Below are positions 42,897 through 56,650 of a stretch of 64,000 nucleotides of DNA, one piece after another. The DNA lies in NCBI RefSeq assembly GCF_009914755.1, contig NC_060940.1; one strand, 5' to 3'. The first letter of the stretch is position 1. Each line of letters opens with the position of its first letter. Under the pieces are notes generated by a model. That model made no database searches. It had not been told where the DNA came from and worked only from the letters and a program-made list of their open reading frames with translations. This DNA comes from the human T2T-CHM13v2.0 reference genome, Homo sapiens. A program made the translations under genes and the position numbers.

Positions 42897-43727
42897 CAGG
42901 TGATCCTGGAACAACATGGGGGCTACAGGTGGTGAGCCCCTGCAATGTCAAAGATTCACATATAACTTTTGACTCCCCCAAAACTTAACTACTAATAGCC
43001 TACAGTTGACCGGAAGCCTTACCAATAACATAAGCAGTTGATTAACAGATATTCTGTGTTATATGTGTATTTTAGGTATTCTGTACTTTATTCTTACAAT
43101 AAAGTAAGCTAGGGAAAAAAAGGTATTAAGAAAATCATAAGGGTCCAGGCATGGTGGCTCATGCCTATAATCCCAGAGCTTTGGGAGGCTGAGGCAGAAG
43201 GATTGCTTGAGGCCAGGAGTTTGAGACCAGCCTGGGCAACACGGTGAGATCCCATCTCTACAATAAATTTAAAAATTAGCCAGGCATGGTGGCACGTGCC
43301 TATAGTCCCAGCTGTGGGGGATGCTGAGGCAGGAAGACTGCTTGAGCCTAGAGTTCAAGGCTGCACTGAGCTATGATCCTGCCATTGAATTCCAGCCTGG
43401 GCAACAGAGTGAGACCCTGTCTCTAAAAAACATAAAAACAGTAAAATAAAGAAAATCCTAAGGAAGACAAAAATATATTTCCTATTCATTAAGTGGAAGT
43501 GGATCATCATAAAAGTTTTCATCCTTGTTGTCTTCACGTTGAGTAGGCTGATGGGGAAGAGAAAGAGGGGTGGTTTTGCTGTCTCAGGAATGACAGTGGT
43601 AAAAGAGTAGCAGAGGTGGAAGAGGGGACAGGAAAGGCAGACACACTCGGTATAACTTTTATGGAAAAAGAATCTCCGTATAAGTAGACCCGTGCAGTTC
43701 AAATCTATGTTGTTTCAGGGTCAACTG
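42897..43727 (-). mobile_element. Tigger2a-like (MER28) DNA transposon
   Basis: TIRs CAGGTGATCCTGGAACAACA and TGTTGTTTCAGGGTCAACTG with TA TSDs. Confidence 0.88.
43143..43448 (+). mobile_element. AluJ inside Tigger2
   Basis: TSD AAGAAAATC(A/C)TAAGG. Confidence 0.95.
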
Positions 43728-43799
43728 TACTTGCATACAAATCCTTGATCAGAATTTGCTTCTGGGGTGACCCGAACTAAGACAGCCCCTATTCAGTGT

Positions 43800-44190
43800 T
43801 CTGAAAATAGTCTCTTCAATACCCATGACAGCCAATTAGCCTGTTTCAACATCCATACCTTCAGTGTTGAGAAGTCTACTACCTTGTGAGTTAGTTCACT
43901 CCATCCCTAGACAACTTTGATCATGACAACTTAAATTTTAAAACTCTTCATTCTTACACAGAAGTAAGCTATCTTTTCTCTCTCTGGAGCCATTCGTCTG
44001 TTCTCAAATGGCATTATGTGAAATCCTTTTACCATTTCAGTCCCTCTTGCTCGTCAACAGCTGTTTTTCAGGATAATATTCAGAGCCAAATACAAAACGC
44101 AGTATGGCTTGCTAGGAGCAGAGTTGCAATAGTAGTCTGGTGTCCTCCCTATTCCTGGGTTCATACCTCTGTTTAATGTAACCTGAGGTT
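43800..44190 (-). mobile_element. L3/CR1 fragment
   Basis: CATACCTTCAGTGTTGAGAAGTCTACTACCT motif; strongly decayed. Confidence 0.5.
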
Positions 44191-44449
44191 TTTTTCCAGT
44201 CCTGGTTCACTCTGAGAATATGGAAGATCTTATCCCTTAACAGAGAAAGCCTGGCCACAATGTGGGAGTCTTTGAATGTGGAGGTGGAGCCCATCATAGG
44301 TTGACAGAACCAGACTAGCTCTGCATGCCCAACATACATGATGCTCTCAGTGAAGAGAAAAAAAGGAAGTGATGATCGTGGATGAAGACAGGATGTAATA
44401 CCAGGACATAGAATTTGGCCTTGGGGAAGATCAGTGAGCCAAGGTGAGA

Positions 44450-45136
44450 TGTATTCATCAAATTATTTCAATTGCATTTGAAGCCCAAACTCAAGGAGGC
44501 TTGAGCAATATATAGGGCAAAGTAGCTCAGGACTGTGAAAAGTTCATGATTAGATCAAGTTGCAGGTGCTACAGGACCCAGGTGCTCCAATTATGTCATG
44601 GGGAATACACGTGTTCTCATCACACCATCTGATTCCCCATGTAGCTTTTATTCTCAGACAAGCTCTCATCTGCTGATTGCATAGATGGTCTCCAGAAGAT
44701 GCAGGCTTACATCCTCCCAGTTTAGCAATGCCAGGGTAAGTAAGAAGCCTCCTTCCCAAGCAAACCAGCAAATGTTGTTGGTTTCATTCTTATTTCACAA
44801 GTCTGGGTCACTTACACAGCTAGGAGCTCCCAACTTGGAGCACTCATTCTGAGATGCTCCAAGTTAAGAGCTCCCAACTGTAAGTGACCTTAACTGCCCT
44901 AGGGAGGATGGGTTCAGTTGAACCTGCCTTCAACATCAGAAACTAAAAACACAGATGCTTACGTTCCCAATCTCTCTTGCAGCTACAATCTGGCCATGTG
45001 ATTCCATTCTGTCCAGTGGGAGACAACAGGAAATCAGCCAAACATGTGGACTAAGAGTAGAGGAAAGATGGTTTCCCCAAAGGGAGACTGGAATTCTGTT
45101 ACCAACGGGAGGGAGAAAACACCCAATGTGTCTACT
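44450..45136 (-). mobile_element. MLT1K-like LTR containing two foreign inserts
   Basis: GCTTTTATTCTCAGACAAGCTCTC...TGGGTCAC...TGGACTAAGAGT...TTCCCCAAAGG. Confidence 0.7.
44806..44889. other. 84-nt quasi-palindrome (hairpin)
   Basis: 39 paired positions (35 Watson-Crick, 4 C.A), two small bulges, 3-nt loop. Confidence 0.92.
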
Positions 45137-45319
45137 CTGGAAAGCCTAGAATTCTTTTACACAGCAGACAATCACAAGTGTCCAACATTGCTGGTTTCCC
45201 AAGGTAGATCGGGGCAGCAGGGATTTCAGGAGTAGCTGAGACAATGGGTTATCCATGGTTGCAGAGTCCAGCCCCCTTGGTAAGTGTTAGCAGGATGACG
45301 ACTTCAGTGATGCTGATGG

Positions 45320-45515
45320 TAAAGTATTATTTTGCATTTACTATGGGAAAGGCATGGTGCTTTATATGAATTATCCCAGGTGCCTTCATAATACTCCCAT
45401 AATTGCCATTAGCTCCATTTTACATATGAGGAAATATAGGCTTAAAAGTTTAATGAACTCGTGCCCAAGATTGCACAACCAGTGACAAAATCAGGATTTG
45501 AAGGCAGGCAGTAAC
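45320..45515 (-). mobile_element. MIR
   Basis: CTCCATTTTACATATGAGGAAA...GCCCAAGATTGCACA...CAGGATTTGAA. Confidence 0.75.
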
Positions 45516-45523
45516 CTAGAGCT

Positions 45524-46042
<519 letters not shown>

Positions 46043-46191
46043 AGAAGCTGCACTTCTAATCACCCTGCAGGGGAGGGATTCTCACTGGGAAAAGATGGCA
46101 GGCTAGGAAGGCGGGTGAATCTAGGCCCGAACCAAGAATTGGAGTAATTTATTGCCCTGTGTAATAGACTTCTGGGTAGATTTCCATAACC

Positions 46192-46543
46192 AGCGCAATA
46201 AATTTCTGTACTTTTTAAGCCAGTTCAAGTCAATGTTTCTGTTACCTACTAACAAAAGCATCCTGATATGGATGGTCTCTGACATGGTGCTGCCTCCATA
46301 TCCAACCTCTGGACCTGCTTCAGATATGGAATCACAGAATCATAGAACAATAGAAGTCAGAGTGGCAATCTTGTCCCGATAACATAAAGCAAAGATGCAG
46401 GCCCAGAGGTGGGAAGCAACTTGCTCCAGGACACACTGCTAGTAGGGTGCAAAGCCATAAGGCACATCCATGTTTTGTTTGACTCTTAAAACCTTTTGTT
46501 TGACTCTTAAAACCTTCTTTCCTTGAACCCCACTCTCAACATC
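46192..46543 (+). repeat. Local dispersed duplication (second copy at 48671-49314)
   Basis: Colinear alignment across an LTR end, unique DNA and a MIR-like piece; about 80% identical by eye. Confidence 0.92.
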
Positions 46544-47122
46544 CAGGCATAAGTCAACCTTCCATTTCTCTCTGTTAAACCATCTAGTTGCCAGTCTAAT
46601 CTCTTCTTCCAGGGAAAACTTCTGCCTGCACTCCCCAGCAGTCTTTAGTAGAACTGCTTCCATCTGCTCTGACATCTCACAGCAAGTGCTCCAAGTTGGG
46701 AGTGCCCTGCATGACTGGGTCCAAGTCACACTGTTCTGAGTGTCCCTAAACCCAGAATTAGGGACAAACACTGGAGCTTTATAACAGACAAGCTGTATTT
46801 CATTCTCACCCATTTCACACAGAAGGAAACTGAGGCTCCTTTGCTTCCCTGCCTACTTGCATTTTCTCACTGCACAGCTCACTGGCCAGAAGTCAAAATG
46901 ATTAACAGGCAAAAGCAAGGATGTCAGGGAAAAGACCATTAGATGATCCATAATTTCATCTTTCCATCCACAGTCGCTTTTCCAAAATCTTCCAGAAAAT
47001 CCTAAACTTTCTAAATTATCCTATTATTCGAATAGCATCTATTGAAAACTTGTGTGCTCCATCAGGCTATAAGAATACAAAGAATTGAGCTATAGACCAT
47101 ATCTTGGAACACCTTGGGAGTT

Positions 47123-47645
47123 TGTGATTGACACTGTGGGTTGTCATTCTAAGGGCTATTTCTCTTCCCACTTCTAAACTGCCTGAACCTGCCATCAACT
47201 GCAGAAACTCAAAACACACACACTTACCTTCTCAACCCCTCTTGCAGCTAGGATCTGGCCACATGATTCTACTGTGGCCAATGGGATATAAGGGGAATCA
47301 GCTACTGAACATCAGGGAACATTTTTCTTCCTGATAAAAAGAGAGAAGTGCACTAGAAGAGCTTTGTTCACTGACCTGTCCTTGCCCCTTCCTGCTTTAG
47401 AACAAGTTTGAATGAAGACCAGGAGGCTGGGACACCATGAGAAGAGACATTAACACACTGCAGATGGTGCCACAGAAATAGGGAAAGACCTTGGGTCTGC
47501 AATTTCATTGTTGAGCTATTGAACCACTTCTGAAGTGGTTCACTTCCCTTCTGGTTCTAATAGAAAATAAAATCCCCTATTGTTTAGGCTAATTTTCATT
47601 GGATGTTCTGTTCCTTACAGATAAAAGTATTCTTTTTCTGAAACA
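47123..47645 (+). mobile_element. MLT1L-like solo LTR
   Basis: CTCTTGCAGCTAGG...GGCCAATGGGATATAAG...TTCCTGATAAAAAGAG...CATTGTTGAGC. Confidence 0.7.
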
Positions 47646-47654
47646 GAGTCATAT

Positions 47655-48140
47655 CATATGGACTTAGGTCTCTGCCTCTTGCTGGTTATGAAATTCTTGG
47701 CAAGTCAAATACCCTCACTGAGACTTAATTTCACAAAATATAAATCAGAAAGAATAATGACTGCATAGTTGGTGTTTTGTGAGGATGAAATTAGATAGCA
47801 AATGTATGTGTACATGAGCCGTAGTTGATGTTTTACAGATGCCCCACCTTTTTCTTTCTCTCTCTAAATACAGGAGAGCATAGGAATTAAAACCTTTGGC
47901 TTTAGAATCACCCAGACATAGGCTGAAATCTGCGCTTTGCCACTTACCTTGTGACCTTGAGCAAGTCATCTTACTGGAACCTCATCTTCCTTATCTGTAG
48001 AATGGACATGCTATTGGTATCTGCACTCCCAGGTTGTTGTAGAGACTAAAGGAGAAATTTCTTGTAAAGATCTTATAAAGATTTTGACACAGAGACCATA
48101 CGTAGTAAACACTTGATATACGTCAACAACTATTGCTTTT
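47655..48140 (+). mobile_element. Two MIRs
   Basis: CTTGGCAAGTCA...GTGAGGATGAAATTAGATA; TGCCACTTACCTTGTGACCTTGAGCAAGTCA. Confidence 0.75.
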
Positions 48141-48184
48141 GAGGTTGAATTAATAATCTAAAAAGAAAATGACGAAGTCACTGA

Positions 48185-49053
<869 letters not shown>

Positions 49054-49867
49054 ATGGTCTCTAACATGGTTGGTGTTCCTTCAATATCCAAGCTCTGGGT
49101 CTGGTTCAGAATTCTGTAAGTCGCAGAATCATAGAACGATAGAAGTCAGAGAGCCAAACTTGTTCCCATTACATAAAGGCTAAGATGCAGGCCCAGAGAT
49201 GGGAAGCAACTTGTGCCAGGACACACAGCTAATAGGGTGCAAAGTCATAAGGTGCATCCATGTTTTGCTTGACTCTTAAAAAACTTTCTTTCCTTGAACC
49301 CCACTGTCAGCATCTGAGAAAAAAAAAAAAGCCGATATTATATGAGAATACAGAAAAAGGAATGAAAACCAAGAAGCAAAACTTCTCTGCAGATTCTTCA
49401 GGAGATCTAACTCCCAGAAGCCCTCCAGCTTTCACCCAGCCTCTAGTTCTCCAAGGCTCAGATCTGTTTAGTGTTTTCCACGCCATGATATATGTGGCAC
49501 TAACGGCCAGAGCAGGGCCTGATAAACTCTTCTGGGACTGATGGCCCTCAGGACACATTGTAGATCAAGGCGATGAGAGGGCACTGAAGAGATGCTACAG
49601 TGTGGCCAGCCCAAGCTTTTGCTTAAATGCACCCTTCACAGTACTGAGCAACAAGGAAGTGACTCTCAGACACAGAGACAGAACTGGCATCAAACAACTT
49701 TGGGAACCTCAGCTTCAGGCAGGCCCAGGAGACGTCAGTGCATCTTAAATGGGCTGCCTTTTCTTCCTTTCACCAGGCCAGAGGCTGAGGACTTATAACA
49801 CGTACACATGCTGGGGCTGATCTTGAGTCCAAGCCCACTCACTTCCAAGAGAGTAAGCAATCTTATA

Positions 49868-50202
49868 CAGATTGAGCATCCCTTATCCAAAAATCCGAAC
49901 TTCTAAATACTCCAAAATCTGAAATATTCTGAGCGCCAACATGAGATAGTGACTCCTTTCCTTTGATTCAATGGAAACAAACTTTGTTTCATGCACAAAT
50001 TATTTAAAATATTGTATATATGTGTATAAGGTGTATAGGAAACATAAATGAATTTTGTGTTTAGACTTGAGTCCTTTTTCCAAGATATCTTGCATATATG
50101 GAAATATTCCAAAATCTGAAAAAAAAAGAGAAAAGAAAAAAGAAAACACCAAATCTGAGATGCTTCTGGTTCCAAGCATTTTGGATAAGGTATATGCAAC
50201 CT
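49868..50202. mobile_element. Tigger4b (MER46B-like)
   Basis: TIRs CAGATTGAGCATCCCTTATCCAAAA and TTTTGGATAAGGTATATGCAACCT. Confidence 0.85.
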
Positions 50203-50203
50203 A

Positions 50204-50281
50204 TTAGGTTGGCTCAAAAGTAATTGCGATTTTGCCATTACTTTCAATAGCAAAACCATAATTACTTTTGCACCAACCTAG
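50204..50281. mobile_element. MADE1 MITE abutting the Tigger4 end
   Basis: TTAGGTTGGCTCAAAAGTAATTGCG...AATTACTTTTGCACCAACCTA. Confidence 0.93.
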
Positions 50282-50296
50282 TGGAATAGATTATAC

Positions 50297-50697
50297 CATG
50301 GTAGAGACTCCTAGCGCTCATCTGTATTTGGGTCTCTTCTTTTGAGTGCATGGGAGGGTTACATTTTTTCACACACACACCCTTTGAAGGTGGGATCATA
50401 CAATTAGCTCTAGTCCATTGGCAGTGAGCAGAATGGATCATATTTATTCTGAATCAATGCATTTCATTGCCAGTGAGATATCATCCAGTTTCTCTTCCTC
50501 TGCCTTGGCAATCATGGACACATGTGCAATCGAAGTGCTGCAAGACGGAAAGTACCTGGAGCTCTAAATTGCATGGTGATTGAGAAGAGAACTGCCCAAG
50601 AGAGTGGTTTCAATCTGCAGTAAAGAACAGACTTTTGTTAAGTCACAAGATTTCAGTGCTGTTTGTTATTGAAGCATAACCTAGCCTAACTGACACA
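50297..50697 (+). mobile_element. MLT1I/J-like LTR
   Basis: GCATTTCATTGCCAGTGAGA...TTTGTTATTGAAGCATAACCTAGCCTAACTGACACA. Confidence 0.7.
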
Positions 50698-51287
50698 GTA
50701 GTCTAATCAATATCAGTAATAGCTACTATCATTATATAAGCACTGTTTCAGGAACTGTGTTCAAAGTTTTATGGACCTTAAGTCATTTACATTCCACACT
50801 AAACCTACAGGAGAAGATCTGGGATTTTCTCAGGGACAAATATGTAAGACATAGCAGCTGCAAATTCTCATATGTAGGCTGATTTAACTCCAAAATCTCA
50901 TATGCTTTATTGTTAAACATTAAAAAAGAAACCCAGAGGGAGAAAAACTTATAATTTAAAAATCAGATGGAAAAATATGTATGTAAGATGATCCCAATTA
51001 TTTTTACATAGGCAGAGAGAACAGAAGTGGACCATGCTATATAATATATACAGTTGATATCTTTCATGGTTTTATGGAAGATTTTTGTTTTATTTTTATA
51101 TGGATCTACAATCTTTTAGGTCTTCCACAATGAGTAAACATTATTAAGTCTTCTACAAGAACCACACATTATTCAATAATCAGAAAGCTATACATCTTTA
51201 GACATAAGATAGTATCCAAAATAGAATGTGAGTTTCTGATATCTGAAACCTTCCACCACTCAAGGAAACTTGGGGAGTGATGGAGAA

Positions 51288-51500
51288 CAAATGTTCATTA
51301 AGCCCCTACTATGTGCCTATCATTTTTAATATGTTTTCGCATTTATTCCTCCCACCTATCCTGGAGAAACAAGGATTTATCTTCCCAATATTCAGGTAAG
51401 GATTCTGAGAGGTTAAGTGACTTGCCTAAGGTCATACAGCTATGACAAATCAGAACAAGGCTTTTGGACCCCAAACTCATGTTCTTTCCACTACATGGTG
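51288..51500 (-). mobile_element. MIR
   Basis: CTGAGAGGTTAAGTGACTTGCCTAAGGTCATACAGCTA. Confidence 0.8.
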
Positions 51501-51729
51501 CTTGCTTTGATTAACCCCACTGGGTAGTAATTTACAGTTGGCCTTAATCCTATACTTCTTCATACCTACAAATGTATGAATGCCTGAATTTTACTGCAAA
51601 CCATAGTCAATACCCCTCCATGAGATGAACCACAAAAAAACATGGAAATGAGAATCAACGTGTTAATTTATCACTTATGTGCATTTCTAATCTTATTCCC
51701 CAGAGAATAACTCCCTGAGCTGGTGCACA

Positions 51730-52395
51730 TGACAATAATTTATTGTATATTTCAAAATAGCTATGTATTAGGATTCTCTTAGAGAGATAGAACTAATAGG
51801 GTGTATATACATATATATAAAGGGGAGTTTATTAAGTGTTAACTTACATGATCACAAAGTCCCACAATAGGCTGTCTGCAAGCTGAGGAGCAAGGAGAGC
51901 CAGTCCGAGTCCCAAAACTGAACAACTTGCTGTCCGATGTTCAAGGGCAGGAAGCATCCAGCACGGGAGAAAGATGTAGACTGGGAGGCTAGGCCCATCT
52001 CGCCTTTTTTGTTTGTCTGCCTGCTTTATACTCGCTGGCGGCTGATTAGATGCTGTCCACCCAGATTAAGGGTGGGTCTGCCTTCCCCAGCCCACTGACT
52101 CAAATGTTGATCTCCTTTGGTAACTCCCTCACAGACACACCCAGGATCAATATTGCATCCTTCAATCCAATCAAGTTGACACTCAGTATTAACCATCACA
52201 AGCTAGAAGGAAAGATTTGGAATGTTCCTAACACAAAGAAATGATAAATGTTTGAGGTGGTGAATCTCCTAATTACCCTGATTTGATCATTACACATTGT
52301 ATACTGGTATCAAAATATCACGTGCACCACGTTAGATATCACCCCATGATACATAATAGCTATTATGTATCAATAAAAAATTTAAAAAATAAAAT
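51730..52395 (+). mobile_element. L1MA 3' end split by MLT2A
   Basis: AATAATTTATTGTATATTTCAAAATAGCTA|GAAG...AATTACCCTGATTTGATCATTACACATTG. Confidence 0.88.
51764..52200 (-). mobile_element. MLT2A1/A2 (HERV-L) solo LTR
   Basis: TGTATTAG...GACACTCAGTATTAACCATCACA with a perfect 5-bp TSD AGCTA. Confidence 0.93.
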
Positions 52396-52599
52396 TTTTT
52401 AATCAATCAAATCAGTTTTTATTTTATTTTTTAAAATCAATAAAAAATTTAAAGGAGGTAATTTATGGCGAAATTACCTCCTTCATGTCCCAATCTGACC
52501 TCTAGCCAGACATGTGAGACCAGTCCAATATGAGAAGAGGAGGAAAAAAAAAGCTAAGTGTCCGGATCATCCCTGAATTACCAAAGCTGTATGCCAGAC

Positions 52600-53000
52600 A
52601 CTGTTTTCAAACTTCTTACCATGACAATTGTCAAATATATATAAAGGAAGAAAATATATATAACAAACCCCAGCATATCCATCACCCAGCTTCAACAACC
52701 ATCAACATTTTACTGTAAACTCTTTCATCTATATCCTATTTTTTGCTGAATTATCTTAAAGTAAATCCCAGAGATCTGGCTATTGCACCCAATACTTTAG
52801 TAAGATCTTATAAAAAATGATATTTTTTTAACTATGTTGCTATTTTCACACCTCACAAAATTATAATTTCATCTAATAACCAGTTCATATTCAAATTACC
52901 CAGCTGTCTAAAAACATATATATTTTAGAGTTTGTTTTCCCAAATAAGACCTCATACACGGTTCATCCACTGTGTTTGGTTATTGGGTCTCTCAAGCTTA
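52600..53000 (-). mobile_element. L1ME/L1MC 3' fragment
   Basis: CCATCACCCAGCTTCAACAACCATCAACATTT...AAAGTAAATCCCAGA. Confidence 0.7.
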
Positions 53001-53006
53001 CTGTAA

Positions 53007-53474
53007 AGGGAGGACAATATAACTTGTTATTTAAACTTGAATGTTTTCAAGAGTGAAAATGAGTACCATTAATAATGTATCAGGGCCGGGGGCAGTAGCT
53101 CATGCCTGTAATCCCAGCACTTTGGGAGGCGAGGCAGGTGGATCATTTGAGGTCAGGAGTTCAAGACCATCCTGGCCAACATAGTGAAATGCTATCTCTA
53201 CTAAAAATACAAAAATTAGCCAGGTGTGGTCGTGGGCACCTGTAATCCCAGCTACTCAGGAGGCTGAGGCAGGAGGATCTCTTGAGCCTGGGAGGCAGAG
53301 GTTGCAGTGAGCTGAGATCACACCACTGCACTCCAGCCTGTGCAACAGAGTGAGACTCTGTCTCAAAATAAATAAATAAACAAACAAATTTATTAAAATA
53401 ATAATAATATATATTAGGACAAAAGGCATAAACCAAGATACCAAGATTGCCCAGGGAAAACCATATGGTGACCC
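53007..53474. mobile_element. MER94-like hAT-Blackjack fossil split by Alu
   Basis: AGGGAGGACAATATAA...GAGTGAAAA...ATTAATAAT...CATATGGTGACCC. Confidence 0.6.
53084..53395 (+). mobile_element. AluSx
   Basis: Full sense dimer with a (TAAA)n tail. Confidence 0.95.
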
Positions 53475-53495
53475 CACCTTTAAACTCTCTCCCAC

Positions 53496-53799
53496 TTTCT
53501 TTTTTTTTTTTTTTTTTTAGATGGAGTCTCGCTCTGTTGCCCAGGCTGCAGTGCAGTGGCAGGATCTTGGCTCACTTGCAACTTCCGCCTCCCAGGTTCC
53601 AGTGATTCTCCTGTCTCAGCCTTCCAAATAGCTGGGATTACGGGCACCCGCCACCACACTCAGCTAATTTTTGTATTTTTAGTAGAGACGGAGTTTCACC
53701 ATGTTGGCCAGGCTGGTCTCAAATTCCTGACCTCAGATGATCCACCTGCCTTGGCCTCCTAAAGTGCTGGGATTACAGGGTAAGCAAATGTGCCCGGCC
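53496..53799 (-). mobile_element. AluSx
   Basis: Antisense dimer; TSD TCTCCCAC. Confidence 0.95.
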
Positions 53800-53870
53800 T
53801 CTCCCACCCTCTTTATATCTTAATAAAATGCTGCTCCAGCTCTCCTGCAGAAATATCTCCTTTCTGTTTT

Positions 53871-55416
<1,546 letters not shown>

Positions 55417-55497
55417 TTATTCTTCTTGTAGATAAGAAGTCTGCAACTCGAAGGTTTGAGTAGATTCAGTATGTACATGATTTTCAAATGTACCTGC

Positions 55498-55869
55498 TGT
55501 ATTAGTTTTCCATTGCTGCTAAAACAAATTACCACAAAATTTGTGTGTAGCTGAGAACACAAATTCTTACTCTAACAGTTATGAATGTCAGAAGTCTGAA
55601 ATGGGTGTCACGGGGCTAAAATAAACATGCCATCAGAGCTTCGTTCCTTTCTGGAGGCTCTGAGGGACACTGTGTTGTCTGCCTTTTCTGGCTTCCAGAG
55701 TCTATTACATCACTTGGTTCATAAACCTCTTCTTTTATCTTTAAAAGCAGCAATGGCAGATTGAGTGTCTTGATGCCATCTCACTTGTTCTCATTCTCTG
55801 TCTCGTCTGCCATTTAAGAACCCTTGTGATGACACTGGGTCCACCAGGATAATTTGGAATCATCTCCAT

Positions 55870-55908
<39 letters not shown>

Positions 55909-56240
55909 TTTTTGAGACAGATTCTTGCTCTTGTCGTCCAGGCTGGAGTGCAATGGCATGATCTCAGCTCACTGCAACTTCCACCTCCTGGGTTCAAGTG
56001 ATTCTTCTGCCTCAGCCTCCTGAGTAACTTGAATTAGAGGTACGCACCATCACGACCAGCTAATTTTTGTATTTTGAGTACAGACAGGGTTTCACCATGT
56101 TGGCCAGGCCTCATCTTCTTATTTTAAAGTCATCTGTTTAGCAATTGAAGTTCCACCTGGAATCCTAATGCCCTCTTCCACGCAAGCTAACATATCCACA
56201 GTTTCCAGGATTAGGACATGGCCATCATTCTGCCTATGAG
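55498..56240 (-). mobile_element. MLT1D-like LTR split by Alu
   Basis: TGTATTAGTTTTCCATTGCTGC...TTCCTTTCTGGAGGCTCT...GATTAGGACATGG. Confidence 0.85.
55868..56109 (-). mobile_element. 5'-truncated AluSq/Sx with an (ATTT)~11 tail
   Basis: Pure tetranucleotide tail 55868-55911; body ends at GGCCAGGC. Confidence 0.93.
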
Positions 56241-56439
56241 TACGTGTGGCTGACTTGCATCCTGAAATCAGTTGAGCCTTCCTTCCTGTTTGGTAGAAGT
56301 GAGAAGTGGGTAATAATTACACTGGCCACAAGAAAAAGCCATGGGTCTCAGCCTCCTCATCCTTCTTCCCACTTTCTCGGTCTCTGGCCATGTCCTGCGT
56401 GACCCCCAGCCTTCCCTTGGGCAACATGAAAGGGAGACA

Positions 56440-56650
56440 GCAGAGTGTCAGCACAGTTAAGGGCACACACTTTGCATTCACACTTGCTGGCTGCATGGCT
56501 TGGGGATGGCATTTAACCTCACCAGCCCTTGAGGTCCTTATGAGTGAAGTGAAGAGAATAACCAATCAGGACAGGTCAGATGATGCATGACACTGCTTAA
56601 AACAGTGTCTGGCACCTAGAACATACTCAGTCAGTGATAGCTGTTATTAA
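56440..56650 (+). mobile_element. MIR
   Basis: GCACAGTTAAGGGCAC...CTTAAAACAGTGTCTGGCAC. Confidence 0.65.

Larger units (their letters stand above)
42109..43784 (+). mobile_element. LTR16A-like solo LTR split by MSTB and Tigger2
   Basis: TATAGCAGACGCC start; GTGGATAAACACTCCAGCTCCCTC; CTTCTGGGGTGACCCGAACTAAGACA end. Confidence 0.8.
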
